Assembly (NCBI GenBank): GCA_965215885.1 | Contig: CBDCEW010000013.1 | Span: 1-37,494, forward strand | Source: Candidatus Moanibacter sp. | GTDB lineage: Bacteria > Verrucomicrobiota > Verrucomicrobiia > Opitutales > UBA2987 | Direction of reading: 5' to 3' | Length of the DNA: 37,494 nucleotides | Shown here: positions 27,747-36,850 of the stretch, in pieces | Layout of the letters: each line of letters opens with the position of its first letter | Numbering within the stretch: position 1 is the stretch's first letter | Translations under genes and position numbers: made by a program | Notes under the pieces: generated by a model | Seen by the model: the letters and a program-made list of their open reading frames with translations, nothing else | What the model was told of the DNA's origin: nothing | Databases searched by the model: none

Positions 27747-28693
27747 TGGCTCTTCCGATCTCCTATAAGAAAGCCCTTCGGGAATGGCGCTTGTATCTGT
27801 TTGTGCTACCGGCGCTCATCGCGGTGCTGACTTTCTCCTATTTTCCGGCCGGAAGCGCACTGTATCACAGTTTTTTCGATTGGAGCGGTGGGGATACGAA
27901 AGAATTCATCGGGTTGGGAAACTTTAAACGCATCGTCGGCGACAAGATATTTTGGCAGTCCTTCGTAACGATATTCATTCTCGTCATCGCCAATGTCTTT
28001 AAACTTATTCCCTCCATCGGGATGGCGGTTCTCATCCATCGCATGGTCAGCGATAAGGCCCAATACATGTATCGCGTGGCGGTGGTCATTCCGATGCTCG
28101 TTCCCGGCATAGTTATCTTATTCATCTGGAAGTTCTTTTACGATCCAAACCTCGGTATCCTGAACTTTATCCTCGACGGTACTGGCTTTAAAAATGTCCT
28201 TGTGTGGCTGGACGGGAAGTTCGATTGGGGCGTTTTCTATGCCGATGTACCGATCGGATGGTTGAGCACTCCGGAATTGATCATTCCCGCTCTCATTTTC
28301 TGGGGGTTTCCCTGGATCGGGGCTGTCGGTGTCCTCATCTATCTGGCAGGATTACAGGCAATCGACAAAGAACTCTACGAGGCATCCGACATCGATGGGG
28401 CAGGACCCTTCCAGAAGTTTTTCTATATTGAGTTTCCTCTCATTCTTACGCAGGTGAGGGTGACGCTGATCCTGTTGATTATCCACACCCTGCAGGGTTA
28501 CGGGCAACAGTTTCTCCTTCTCGGCGAAAACGGCGGTCCTGCCCGCGCCGGCATGACGCCCGGCCTTTGGATGTTCAACCGGGCCTTCTTTAATGGAGAA
28601 TTCGGCTACGCCTGTGCGCTTGGTTTGGTTCTCTTCTCCGTCATCCTGGTTTTGACTTGGGTGAACAATAAATACGTTAGGGTGGACAAGTAA
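27746..28693 (+). CDS. Carbohydrate ABC transporter permease (MalF/UgpA-like)
   Basis: Multiple TM helices; IYLAGLQAIDKELYEASDIDGA (EAA loop); FGYACA.G. Confidence 0.93.
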   Translation: MALPISYKKALREWRLYLFVLPALIAVLTFSYFPAGSALYHSFFDWSGGDTKEFIGLGNFKRIVGDKIFWQSFVTIFILVIANVFKLIPSIGMAVLIHRMVSDKAQYMYRVAVVIPMLVPGIVILFIWKFFYDPNLGILNFILDGTGFKNVLVWLDGKFDWGVFYADVPIGWLSTPELIIPALIFWGFPWIGAVGVLIYLAGLQAIDKELYEASDIDGAGPFQKFFYIEFPLILTQVRVTLILLIIHTLQGYGQQFLLLGENGGPARAGMTPGLWMFNRAFFNGEFGYACALGLVLFSVILVLTWVNNKYVRVDK

Positions 28694-28739
28694 TTTGGAG
28701 AGGTTTTTTCGAGGCGAAGAATCGAGACAATCAACAACA

Positions 28740-29639
28740 GTGAGTGACACAAGTTCAGCTTCCGAAGCGGCGTTTCGCCTCAGAAGGCGTAACGAATGGA
28801 TAAAGCACACCATCGTTATCGCGATCCTCTGCGTCGAATTGCTCCCTTTTTACATGATGCTTCAGATCAGCGTAAAAGATAACACGACTTTCATTCAGAA
28901 TCCCTGGCTGCCCCCCAACCCTATTATACCGGACCAATCCGCGCGCCCCGAAATCGATACCAGCAGTTGGCGTTGGAGCAATTACATCTTCGGAACAAAA
29001 CTGATCGTTCCCTACGTTGCCAACACCGTCTTTGTCGCTGTCCTATCCGCAACCGCCACCCTTTTTCTAGCAGTGCTTGGATCCTACTTTTTCGCGCGAT
29101 ACCAGATGCCTTTTTCGCGTATACTTTGGGGCCTCTTTCTTATTCTCCTCCTCATGCCTTCGATTGCAAATATCGTCCCCCTTTTCAATCTCCTTAAGAA
29201 TATGAACCTCCTTAATACGCTGTGGGCTCTCATAGTGGTACACACCGCCGGAGGCCAGGCATTTAACATCCTCATTCTCAAGAGTTTTATCGAAGACATC
29301 CCCAAGGATCTGTTCGAGGCAGCGGAAATCGATGGCGCGTCGCACTGGAAGCAGGTCTTTCATATCGTCGTTCCGTTGAGCGGCCCGATTATTGGAACGC
29401 TTGCGATTTTCATCCTCATCGGCTCATGGAACGAATATCTGCTTCCCCTTATTGTGATGCGCGACAAGGAGCTCTTTACACTCGGAGTCGGCCTCATCTA
29501 CCTCGATGGAGAATATGTGAAGAGGTGGGGCCTCATCATGTCCTCCTTTACCGTCGCCGCCATCCCTCTCATCATCGTCTTCCTCTTTACGATGAAGCTA
29601 TTCATTCGCGGCCTCAGTTCCGGCGCCGTCAAAGGTTGA
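28740..29639 (+). CDS. Carbohydrate ABC transporter permease (MalG/UgpE-like)
   Basis: IPKDLFEAAEIDGAS, WNEYL.PL, C-terminal GAVKG; probable GTG start at 28740. Confidence 0.93.
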   Translation: MSDTSSASEAAFRLRRRNEWIKHTIVIAILCVELLPFYMMLQISVKDNTTFIQNPWLPPNPIIPDQSARPEIDTSSWRWSNYIFGTKLIVPYVANTVFVAVLSATATLFLAVLGSYFFARYQMPFSRILWGLFLILLLMPSIANIVPLFNLLKNMNLLNTLWALIVVHTAGGQAFNILILKSFIEDIPKDLFEAAEIDGASHWKQVFHIVVPLSGPIIGTLAIFILIGSWNEYLLPLIVMRDKELFTLGVGLIYLDGEYVKRWGLIMSSFTVAAIPLIIVFLFTMKLFIRGLSSGAVKG

Positions 29640-31127
29640 CTACCTCGATTTCTTTTTTCTCGCCGCTCTCACATGCCTGACGAATTCTCGGTAGGCCTCC
29701 TCGTTTCTGGCGTAGCTGCTGTAATCAAGTTTCGGATAATTATTGCGTAATTCCGCCATCAGGTAGCTGCGGCGCTTCGTTTTATTATCGTGGCTCGCCC
29801 AGAAGAATGCCGGTGTCTGCAGAGTTGACTTGGCCATGATCTCCCAGACGCGGGGCGCTTCCCTGGGGTCGTAGCCATGGGAAACAAGATATTCGATACC
29901 GATTCGATCCGCCTGATTCTCATGCTGGCGCGAGTATCCAGCCACGATTGCCTGCTCTGTTTTAGTCAGCACGTCCGGCGCGATGGGAACTCCAAAGGCC
30001 GATGCGGCTATACTGCCCAATTTAAGTAGGATGCGCTCCCCTCTTTTGTGTTCCATTTGCTGTCGCGCGTGCTCCTGAATGGTATGTGAGATTTCGTGGC
30101 TCAGGACAAAAGCCAACTGCGCTTCGTTCTCGAGGATTTCGACGAGGGGCGCGAAGACGACGATGACCCCGTTAGGAGTTGCAAATGCATTCGGGATCAT
30201 ACCTTTAACAAGATAGAATTTAAAATGTATCTTATTCGGGTCTTCCCGGGGGAGATTCTTCTGGTATTCCGGGATGAGGCTCTCTCCCAGTTGGCGAAGA
30301 TAGCTCTGGGCTTCTCTGCTTGGGACGAGCTTGAAACTGTGCATCCCGATCCTGAGCCTGCCGGGTTTCTTCTTTTCGAAATTTGGTTGCTTTACTATGG
30401 GCCGCATTCTTTTATGAAATTGCTCTTCGTTTGGCTGCAATTCGTTGCGCATGAAAGTTAGCCGCGTAGCCGCGATGCTTCCATCCCTCTCCCTCATGCC
30501 TTCGTAGTTCAGAAAGGTGTTGGGCCCAATTTCATCCAGGGATAGGAGGGGCAGAAAGGGCGTGTCCTCCCCGTCGGTTGCGGTGACGGACACCTTCTCG
30601 GTATTGTTTATACTTTGGCGCTTCTGTGCCTTTCTCTCCGATCGGTTGGGTTGGTATTCGACGATCGTGAACGGATTGACCCGAATGACCTGTCCGTCCG
30701 CAAAGAAATCGCCTTTCCAGCCATCCCGTGTCATCTCGAGGTAAGGGGCACGCTCAAGCAGCGCTTTGCGGCGAACCGCTCTCAGTTCTTCTTGAAAGAC
30801 CCGAATCGATGTCGCGCGGATCTCATTTTCAGTCTCCGTGAAAGCTCCTCTAACCGCCACTTCCAGACCGACGCGAAGCTCCTCGGGGGGAAATACAGTC
30901 AGCGAATCGCTTCCTTCTTCTGAAAGTTGAATCGGCAGATCTTCCGCTCTCACGATCCGATAGTCCTCAACCTCGAAGATCTGGTAAGACAGAATCTCCG
31001 TAACGTACCCGTGTATCTTTACTGTCTTGGCGCCATTCAAGTTCTGCATCGCCAGCGTGAGCGAGAGGCAGGTACTCGCGGTCGAAAACCTGATGAGATA
31101 AGAGCAGAATTGAGCGGCTTTTTGCAT
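29640..31127 (-). CDS. M48-family zinc metallopeptidase with N-terminal beta-rich (DUF5666-like) region
   Basis: PNAFATPNG, EAQLAFVLSHEISH (HExxH), YSRQHENQADRIG, GYDP, F.ASH; signal peptide. Confidence 0.88.
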   Translation of the reverse strand: MQKAAQFCSYLIRFSTASTCLSLTLAMQNLNGAKTVKIHGYVTEILSYQIFEVEDYRIVRAEDLPIQLSEEGSDSLTVFPPEELRVGLEVAVRGAFTETENEIRATSIRVFQEELRAVRRKALLERAPYLEMTRDGWKGDFFADGQVIRVNPFTIVEYQPNRSERKAQKRQSINNTEKVSVTATDGEDTPFLPLLSLDEIGPNTFLNYEGMRERDGSIAATRLTFMRNELQPNEEQFHKRMRPIVKQPNFEKKKPGRLRIGMHSFKLVPSREAQSYLRQLGESLIPEYQKNLPREDPNKIHFKFYLVKGMIPNAFATPNGVIVVFAPLVEILENEAQLAFVLSHEISHTIQEHARQQMEHKRGERILLKLGSIAASAFGVPIAPDVLTKTEQAIVAGYSRQHENQADRIGIEYLVSHGYDPREAPRVWEIMAKSTLQTPAFFWASHDNKTKRRSYLMAELRNNYPKLDYSSYARNEEAYREFVRHVRAARKKKSR

Positions 31128-31735
31128 ACGGCGCTTAGTCTTGATTCTGTTGATGATCAGCGGTGCCGAACCGAATTTGGATTATTGAAGAACGTCAGCT
31201 TATCATTTCACGAAGTTAGACTCTCCAGCAGAAAAAATGGCAGGATTCCTCTCATTTGCAATCGCCATCCTTAAGAGCGGTATATTCTCCATTCGATTCC
31301 ATTTTGAGGCGACTCAATGCACTTTTTTCAAAGCACCAGCTAATTCGCTTCAATGAGAAGGCGAGGGCTGCTTGAATTCAACTCTCAATCTGTAATTTGC
31401 TGATCACTTGCAAAGCTTGTCCTCGAAATTCGATTTGAAGTTCAGTTCACTACATGCAGGGTCACCGCAGGCCTATTGCGGATTAAGCGGAGCAAACCTC
31501 GTCGCGAACCTTGTCGTAATATGCATGGGATCACTCCCGCTCATTTTATTTGGATTCTTTTCAGTTGTCTCGAATCCGCGGGAAACTCCCTCTTCCATCC
31601 GTGGTACTGCGGAGTCCCGGCGCGCCGGGATGGGATACACTTCCTATCGCATTCCTCTTCATTTTTCTCCGTTTCCTTCTGTTCAATTCTCTTCTCCATG
31701 TGAGCACCTACCAGTTTGATTTTGGTTACGCTGCG

Positions 31736-31917
31736 CTAGCCCGGACATTTCACACACTTCGTAGCGAGACGGCGTAGATCGCTGCGTGTCAATGTCTTTC
31801 CGAAGCACGGCGGGCGACAGTGTGTTAAGACCCTCTGAAGTCGCCGGGCAAGGGAAGGCATTGACACGCGGTGAGATCCGTCGTCGTAGTAGTAGATTTG
31901 TGAAATGTTCGGGCTAG
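31736..31917. mobile_element. CTAG-bounded 182-bp fold-back MITE-like element (family E)
   Basis: CTAGCCCGGACATTTCACA / TGTGAAATGTTCGGGCTAG (18/19) plus nested inverted arms GCGTGTCAATG/CATTGACACGC and GGCGAC/GTCGCC. Confidence 0.8.
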
Positions 31918-31950
31918 GTGATCCGTGGTGGATTCTCTTCCTATTGAAGC

Positions 31951-32922
31951 TTACGAAAGTTTGATTCGCTTTTGTCTGCGCGCAGATTCCTCGGCCAGTA
32001 TCCCGATCTCGGCGGCGTGCAATGCCCGCATCGCATCTTCCCTCCAGTTATCGCCGCCGCCCTCAATGTCGGCGCGAAACTGTTCTTCGAGTGACTGTTC
32101 ATCGGGTTCCTGCGTTTGCAGCTCTTGAAGACCATCCCTCGTCGAGAGTTGCCAGGGGCCATTGTCCCGCCTCAGGGTCGCGGTCGAGAGGACGATTCTG
32201 GCCGATTCTTCGGCGCGGTTGATCTCAATACCTCCGGCCCAGACCCAGTGTCCGAATCCGCCTGATGCAAAACCAACTTCCAGACTGTTGAAGAAGCTCT
32301 CATACTGTCCCCTTTCTTCAAGACCGGCGTACTCCGCCTTGGATTCCAACCAGAGGATCGGTCCGAATATATCGATCATCGGATAGATGTGATAGACGAA
32401 AAACAGGGTCGGCGGGCCTGATCGTTCGAGGTTAAACAGGACCTCCGGCCGGGCGCCCCGGCCTGGTGTCAGTCTGATGAAGTGCGAAAAGCGGAGCTGC
32501 CCATGTTCCTTGATAACTTTCTTCAGTTGCCGATGGCTGGCGGAGACATTTTCGCTGTGAGCGACTCGGTAAACCGGACCCGCCTCGCCAATCAGATCTC
32601 GGAGGCTTCGGATTTCTTTGATGAATCGGGCCGCCGGGTATTCGGAAAAGACGTGTTTCCCATTCTCCAGGGCAGCCCGTGCAATCTCTCCGTGCAATTC
32701 GTTATGAGTAAAGATCGCTATTGCGTCGATCTCTTCAGAATCCACCAGAGCACGCCAGTCGTCTACGAGCCGGCATTCCAGATTTCCTGAAAGTTCCGAT
32801 CTGGTTACCGGGTTTCTCGCCGCCACCGCCTCCACCCGAATTCGATCGAGACCGGAGAAAGTCTGAGCCCTTCTCTTTGCCATTCCTCCAGATCCGATGA
32901 TTCCGATTCTTATGTCCTTCAT
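31951..32922 (-). CDS. Gfo/Idh/MocA family oxidoreductase
   Basis: IGIIGSGGMA, IDAI.I.T.N..H, GKHVFSEYP. Confidence 0.9.
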   Translation of the reverse strand: MKDIRIGIIGSGGMAKRRAQTFSGLDRIRVEAVAARNPVTRSELSGNLECRLVDDWRALVDSEEIDAIAIFTHNELHGEIARAALENGKHVFSEYPAARFIKEIRSLRDLIGEAGPVYRVAHSENVSASHRQLKKVIKEHGQLRFSHFIRLTPGRGARPEVLFNLERSGPPTLFFVYHIYPMIDIFGPILWLESKAEYAGLEERGQYESFFNSLEVGFASGGFGHWVWAGGIEINRAEESARIVLSTATLRRDNGPWQLSTRDGLQELQTQEPDEQSLEEQFRADIEGGGDNWREDAMRALHAAEIGILAEESARRQKRIKLS

Positions 32923-33042
32923 TTTCGACTATCGTACGTGTGGATTTTCCAAAAAAGAGGTGGCGCCGAATCTCTGTATCTTCCGTGGAGCGTATCTTGC
33001 CGCCCTCAAGAATCAATCTTTCTGCAAAACCGGTTATAGATA

Positions 33043-33061
33043 AATAGACAGGTTGTTTATT
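33043..33061 (+). repeat. Left inverted repeat upstream of the RAYT gene
   Basis: AATAGACAGGTTGTTTATT; inverted matches at 35772-35788 (17/17) and 35879-35897 (18/19). Confidence 0.8.
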
Positions 33062-33109
33062 ATAGAAAGAGTTTGACAGGAACAGTCAAGCGTGCCCGAT
33101 AGTGAACAT

Positions 33110-33971
33110 ATGGCTACTAAACGGGTATTGGTGAAAGAGCAGACGGCGGTTTACCATTGTATATCGCGCACGGTTTTGGGAGAGAAGATCATTGATACGA
33201 GGGGGAAGGAGGTGTTGCGCAAGCAGATGTGGAGGCAGGCCGGTTTCTGTGGAGTGGAGGTATTAACCTACTGTTTATTGAGTAACCACTTGCACATACT
33301 AATTCGAATTCCTTACGACGAGGAGATTAGAGATTTGGAACTGATGAGGCGTTACCGCATACTCTATGGCAGGGAGCGGTTGCCCCTAAGTGCGATGGCA
33401 CCTGAGGTATTAGCGGAAAAGTTGGCCTCTGGAGGTCGGGAGGCGGAAGCGTTGCGGGAGCGTCTGAAGAGGTCGGATGGGGGACGTATCGGTCTTTATG
33501 AAGGAGCTCAAGCAGCGCTTCAGCATTTGGTTTAACCGCACCTACGGCAGCCATGGGACGGTATGGTCGGAAAGGTTTAAGAGTCTGCTGGTAGAAAATA
33601 GCCCTGAAGCGCTTAAGATGGTAGCAGCATACATCGATCTGAATCCTGTACGGGCGGGCCTGTGCGAAGATCCGAAGCGGTATCGCTGGAGCGGGTATGC
33701 GGAGGCTTTGAGCGGGGAAGAGCAGGCGCAATGGGGCCTGGAGTGGATCATGGGGGAGGAGGATTGGGCGGAGGCCTTACGCGGGTATCGGACGGTAGTC
33801 TTTGGGACCGGCTACCACGGCAAGGACAGAGAGGGAGCGCGAATAGATCCGCAGAAGGTCAAAGAAGTACTGCAAAGCGGTGGCAAAGTAAGTATTCAGG
33901 AGCTGTTGCGTTGCCGGGTGAGGTATTGCACGGACGGAGCGATCCTGGGGACAAGAGAATACATCCAAAGC
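33110..33971 (+). pseudogene. REP-associated tyrosine transposase (RAYT, Y1 HUH), frameshifted near 33472 and interrupted at 33972
   Basis: YHCISR, YCLLSNHLH (HUH), FMKELKQRF, W.ERFKS, YIDLNPVRAG (catalytic Tyr region), YRWS. Confidence 0.88.
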
Positions 33972-35043
33972 CACTACTGTCCGGTTGTTTTTCTAGGAAC
34001 GCAGGTTAATCGATTGATAACCAACATTTTACATATGATTTCTGCTGTTTTCGACTTGAAATTGCAAAAAGCCTTGTGGACTCTCAAAAATTTCGAGGGT
34101 CCAAATCATGTATACAGGTCGATTCGTTTTTTCTCAAATCATAGATTATCTTCCGCGCCATCAGTTCCATCGTTGCGTCCAACGCTACGGAGGCGACTAC
34201 AAAGTTCAAAAGTTCAGTTGCTTCGAACAATTTCTCTGCATGGGTTTTGCCGAGTTGACCTACCGGGAGAGTCTGCGCGACATCGAAACCTGCCTGCGGG
34301 CAGTACAACCAAAACTATACCACGCAGGGCTTCGAAGCGGAGTATCCAAAAGCACGCTCGCCGATGCCAACGAGAAACGAGACTGGCGCATCTACGCCGA
34401 CTTTGCACAGGTCCTCATCGCAATGGCTCGTCCTTTGTATTCAAACGAGGATCTGGGCATCGACCTGGACAATACGCTCTACGCTCTGGACTCCACCACG
34501 ATCGATCTATGTCTATCACTCTTCCCGTGGGCACGTTTCCGCAAGCACAAGGGGGCGGTGAAGGTCCATACGCTTCTCGATCTCAGAGGCTCTATCCCTT
34601 ATTTTATCGAGATTACCGATGGAAAAGTTCACGACGTAAACATTCTGGATCTCATCATCCCCGTCGGGCCGGTGCTTACTATGTAATGGACCGAGCCTAT
34701 CTGCATTACGAGCGCCTCTATCGGATCGCACAATGCGGTTCTTTCTTCGTCACACGCGCCCGCCGCGGCTTTCAGTTTCGCCGCCTCTACTCTCAAAAGG
34801 TCGACAAATCAACCGGTCTGCGTTCGGACCAGACCGTTGCCCTGGGCAGCTTCTATCCTGCCAAGGCCTACCCCGAAAGACTCCGGCGTATCACTTACCT
34901 CGACCCCGACAGTTCCGAGCGCTTCGTGTTTCTCACCAACCAGTTTGCCCTCCCAGCCATAATCATCACCCAGATCTCATTTACCGTTTACGCTGGCAGA
35001 TCGAATTGTTCTTCAAATGGATCAAACTGCACTTGCGCATCAA
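33972..35043 (+). mobile_element. IS4-family insertion sequence (DUF4372 + DDE transposase, CDS from 34108), frameshifted and 3'-truncated
   Basis: Left end CACTACTGTCCGGTT at 33972; MYTGRFVFSQ, LTYRESLRDIE, DSTTIDLCLSLFPWA, MDRAY, YRLRWQIELFFKWIK spread over three frames; no right inverted repeat seen. Confidence 0.88.
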
Positions 35044-35583
35044 TGAGATTCGTGCTGCGGAAGCCAGGCGATTGCAATGCTGGGACGGCTACATCAATCT
35101 GGATTGCTGGTCAAAAGCAAATACTGTTTCTTGAAAAATCCGCAAATCTCACCCCCACCCAACAGCCTCCGCCTCAAGGAGGTGCTCCAATACGCATCTG
35201 AAGAGCGTGCGGGCCTATCTACTAAAGGAGAGCTTTCAGCTCTATGTGGCATTATAAAAGTCCCTACTGGGCCCAATGGTATCTGACAAAAATGGTGCAC
35301 GCGCGCCATGCGTTCGCGCCTCAACACCGCATTCCTAAACAGGTTCGTGCGCTCGTTTGACGCATAACACGAGACCGTACTCATCCTCAAGCTGGTTTCG
35401 GGCCAAGAGAATCGGGAGCTTTTCCTGCGGCATTGTGGAGGGCTTTAACCGCAAGGACCGAATCTCGACTATCAGAAAAGCGATACGGCTTTAAGAGCTT
35501 CGAAGTGCTTACGAGATCGCCCTATTTCATACCATGGGCGACTTGCCTGAACCCGAAATAACCCACAGATTCTGCTGACGAGG
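35041..35583 (+). mobile_element. ISL3-family transposase C-terminal remnant with right end, many indels
   Basis: Piecewise translation: EIRAAEARR, SKYCFLKNP, LRLKEVLQY, LKSVRAYLLKESFQ, KWCTRAMRSRL, GIVEGFN, YGFKSFEVL, ALFHTMGDLPEPEITHRFC* followed by CGAGG. Confidence 0.78.
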
Positions 35584-35771
35584 ACCTTAAAAGAATAGTT
35601 TCGACGCCTGAAAGGAGAGTGCGAGATTCCTCTATGTACAGTCATCCTGTCGTGCAAGAAAATGGCGGTGACAGGCGAGCTTTGACAGGAAGAGCGGACC
35701 AAATTGTCTGAGAGTCTTCGCCGTATTCACACGAGGTGAACGACACATCGAGAGTGATACAGAAATTAAAG

Positions 35772-35897
35772 AATAAACAACCTGTCTAATAATTTATCGC
35801 GAGCTGGACTGCTTCGAAGAAAATTCGGATAGCTTTTTCGCAGGGAGTAGTGACAGAAGGAACAGAAAAGAGGTTCAGAATAAATAACCTGTCTATT
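35772..35897 (-). repeat. Two right-hand copies of the RAYT-flanking inverted repeat
   Basis: AATAAACAACCTGTCTA (35772-35788) and AATAAATAACCTGTCTATT (35879-35897). Confidence 0.8.
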
Positions 35898-36402
35898 AAT
35901 TTGAAACAAGTTCCTTGTACGTCACGAGGGCGTCGACGAATCCAAGGCGGGGGTGTCGAAATGTCTTGGGTAAAGTCCCTACAATGCTGAATCCGTGTCG
36001 TTGCCAGAGATGAACGGCTACTTCGTTGGTCGATACGACGAGGTTGTACTGCATTGCTCGGGAGCCCTGAGCCCTGGCTTCTCTTTGCGAATGCTGGCAC
36101 ATTGCAGATGCGAATCCCCGGCTCCTTGATTGAGTGGCCACGATGTAACCGCAGTTGCAGACGTGAGCAATCAGCGCCGGTTAGTTTGGCTTTATATAGT
36201 AGCTCCCAACGATGCTGCTATGTTCATCAACCGCGACAAAGGTGGATGAAGGTGTATCGATCCAGTATCGCCATGCTTCGCCCACTGTGATCTCGGGGGA
36301 GCACGGAAAGGTTTCTCCTTCAAAAAAGACCGGTCCGAGCACGCTCCAGACTGCGGACCAGTCGTCCCGTTTGAAGGGGCGGATCATCATGGTGTTCGGC
36401 AT
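35896..36402 (-). pseudogene. GNAT acetyltransferase with in-frame TAA at 36181-36183
   Basis: GETFP..EAWRYW..GSYYIKPN*PALIAHVCNCGYIV..SRGFASAMCQHS..AMQYNLVVSTNE.AV.LW..GF; both halves in one frame. Confidence 0.87.
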
Positions 36403-36449
36403 TGCTAGATGGGAAATTGTAAGTGACAACGCATTAAAGCAGATAACGA

Positions 36450-36800
36450 ATGAGGCTTCCGGAGTACTATGCAACCGCGGACATCTTTGTTGGACCGTCC
36501 GTGGTGGCTGAAGGTGGTGACCGAGAAGGTCTGGGCCTTGTATTTGTGGAAGCATTGGCGTGTGGATGCAGCGTAGTTTGCTCGGATCTACCTGCTATTT
36601 CCGACATCATCGCAGACAATGAAACCGGCTTTGTCGTGAGGCAGAAATCGCACGCAGATATCCATGCTAAAGTAGTAAGATTGCTAAACGACAGAAAACT
36701 CAGGGAGTCATTGCAGGATAAAGGAATGGAATTTGTTCAAAATCAATTCGACTGGAAAATCATAGGCGCGAAATTCGCAAGGGTCTTGAACGATGAGTAA
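36450..36800 (+). pseudogene. Glycosyltransferase family 4 C-terminal fragment
   Basis: YATADIFVGPS, EGLGLVFVEALACG (Ex7E), TGFVV, FDW; N-terminal domain absent. Confidence 0.8.
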
Positions 36801-36814
36801 ATACGAAGGCATTT

Positions 36815-36850
36815 GAGGAATCTGTCGGAATTAGAGTGCGACAGGTTTTA
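36815..36850. repeat. Family A end motif with a degenerate, immediately adjacent inverted partner
   Basis: GAGGAATCTGTCGGAATTAG followed by AGTGCGACAGGTTTTA. Confidence 0.6.

Noticed and set aside
31280..31720. Short ORFs upstream of the M48 peptidase
   Set aside because: No motifs or RBS; region contains repeat fragments
33477..35201. 574-aa RAYT fusion protein from the ORF track
   Set aside because: Chance read-through from the RAYT 3' half into off-frame and frameshifted IS4/ISL3 sequence
1113..36850. Integron cassette array, with family A motifs as attC sites
   Set aside because: Genes lie on both strands and include multi-gene operons; no integron integrase; the motifs lack the RYYYAAC/GTTRRRY attC ends
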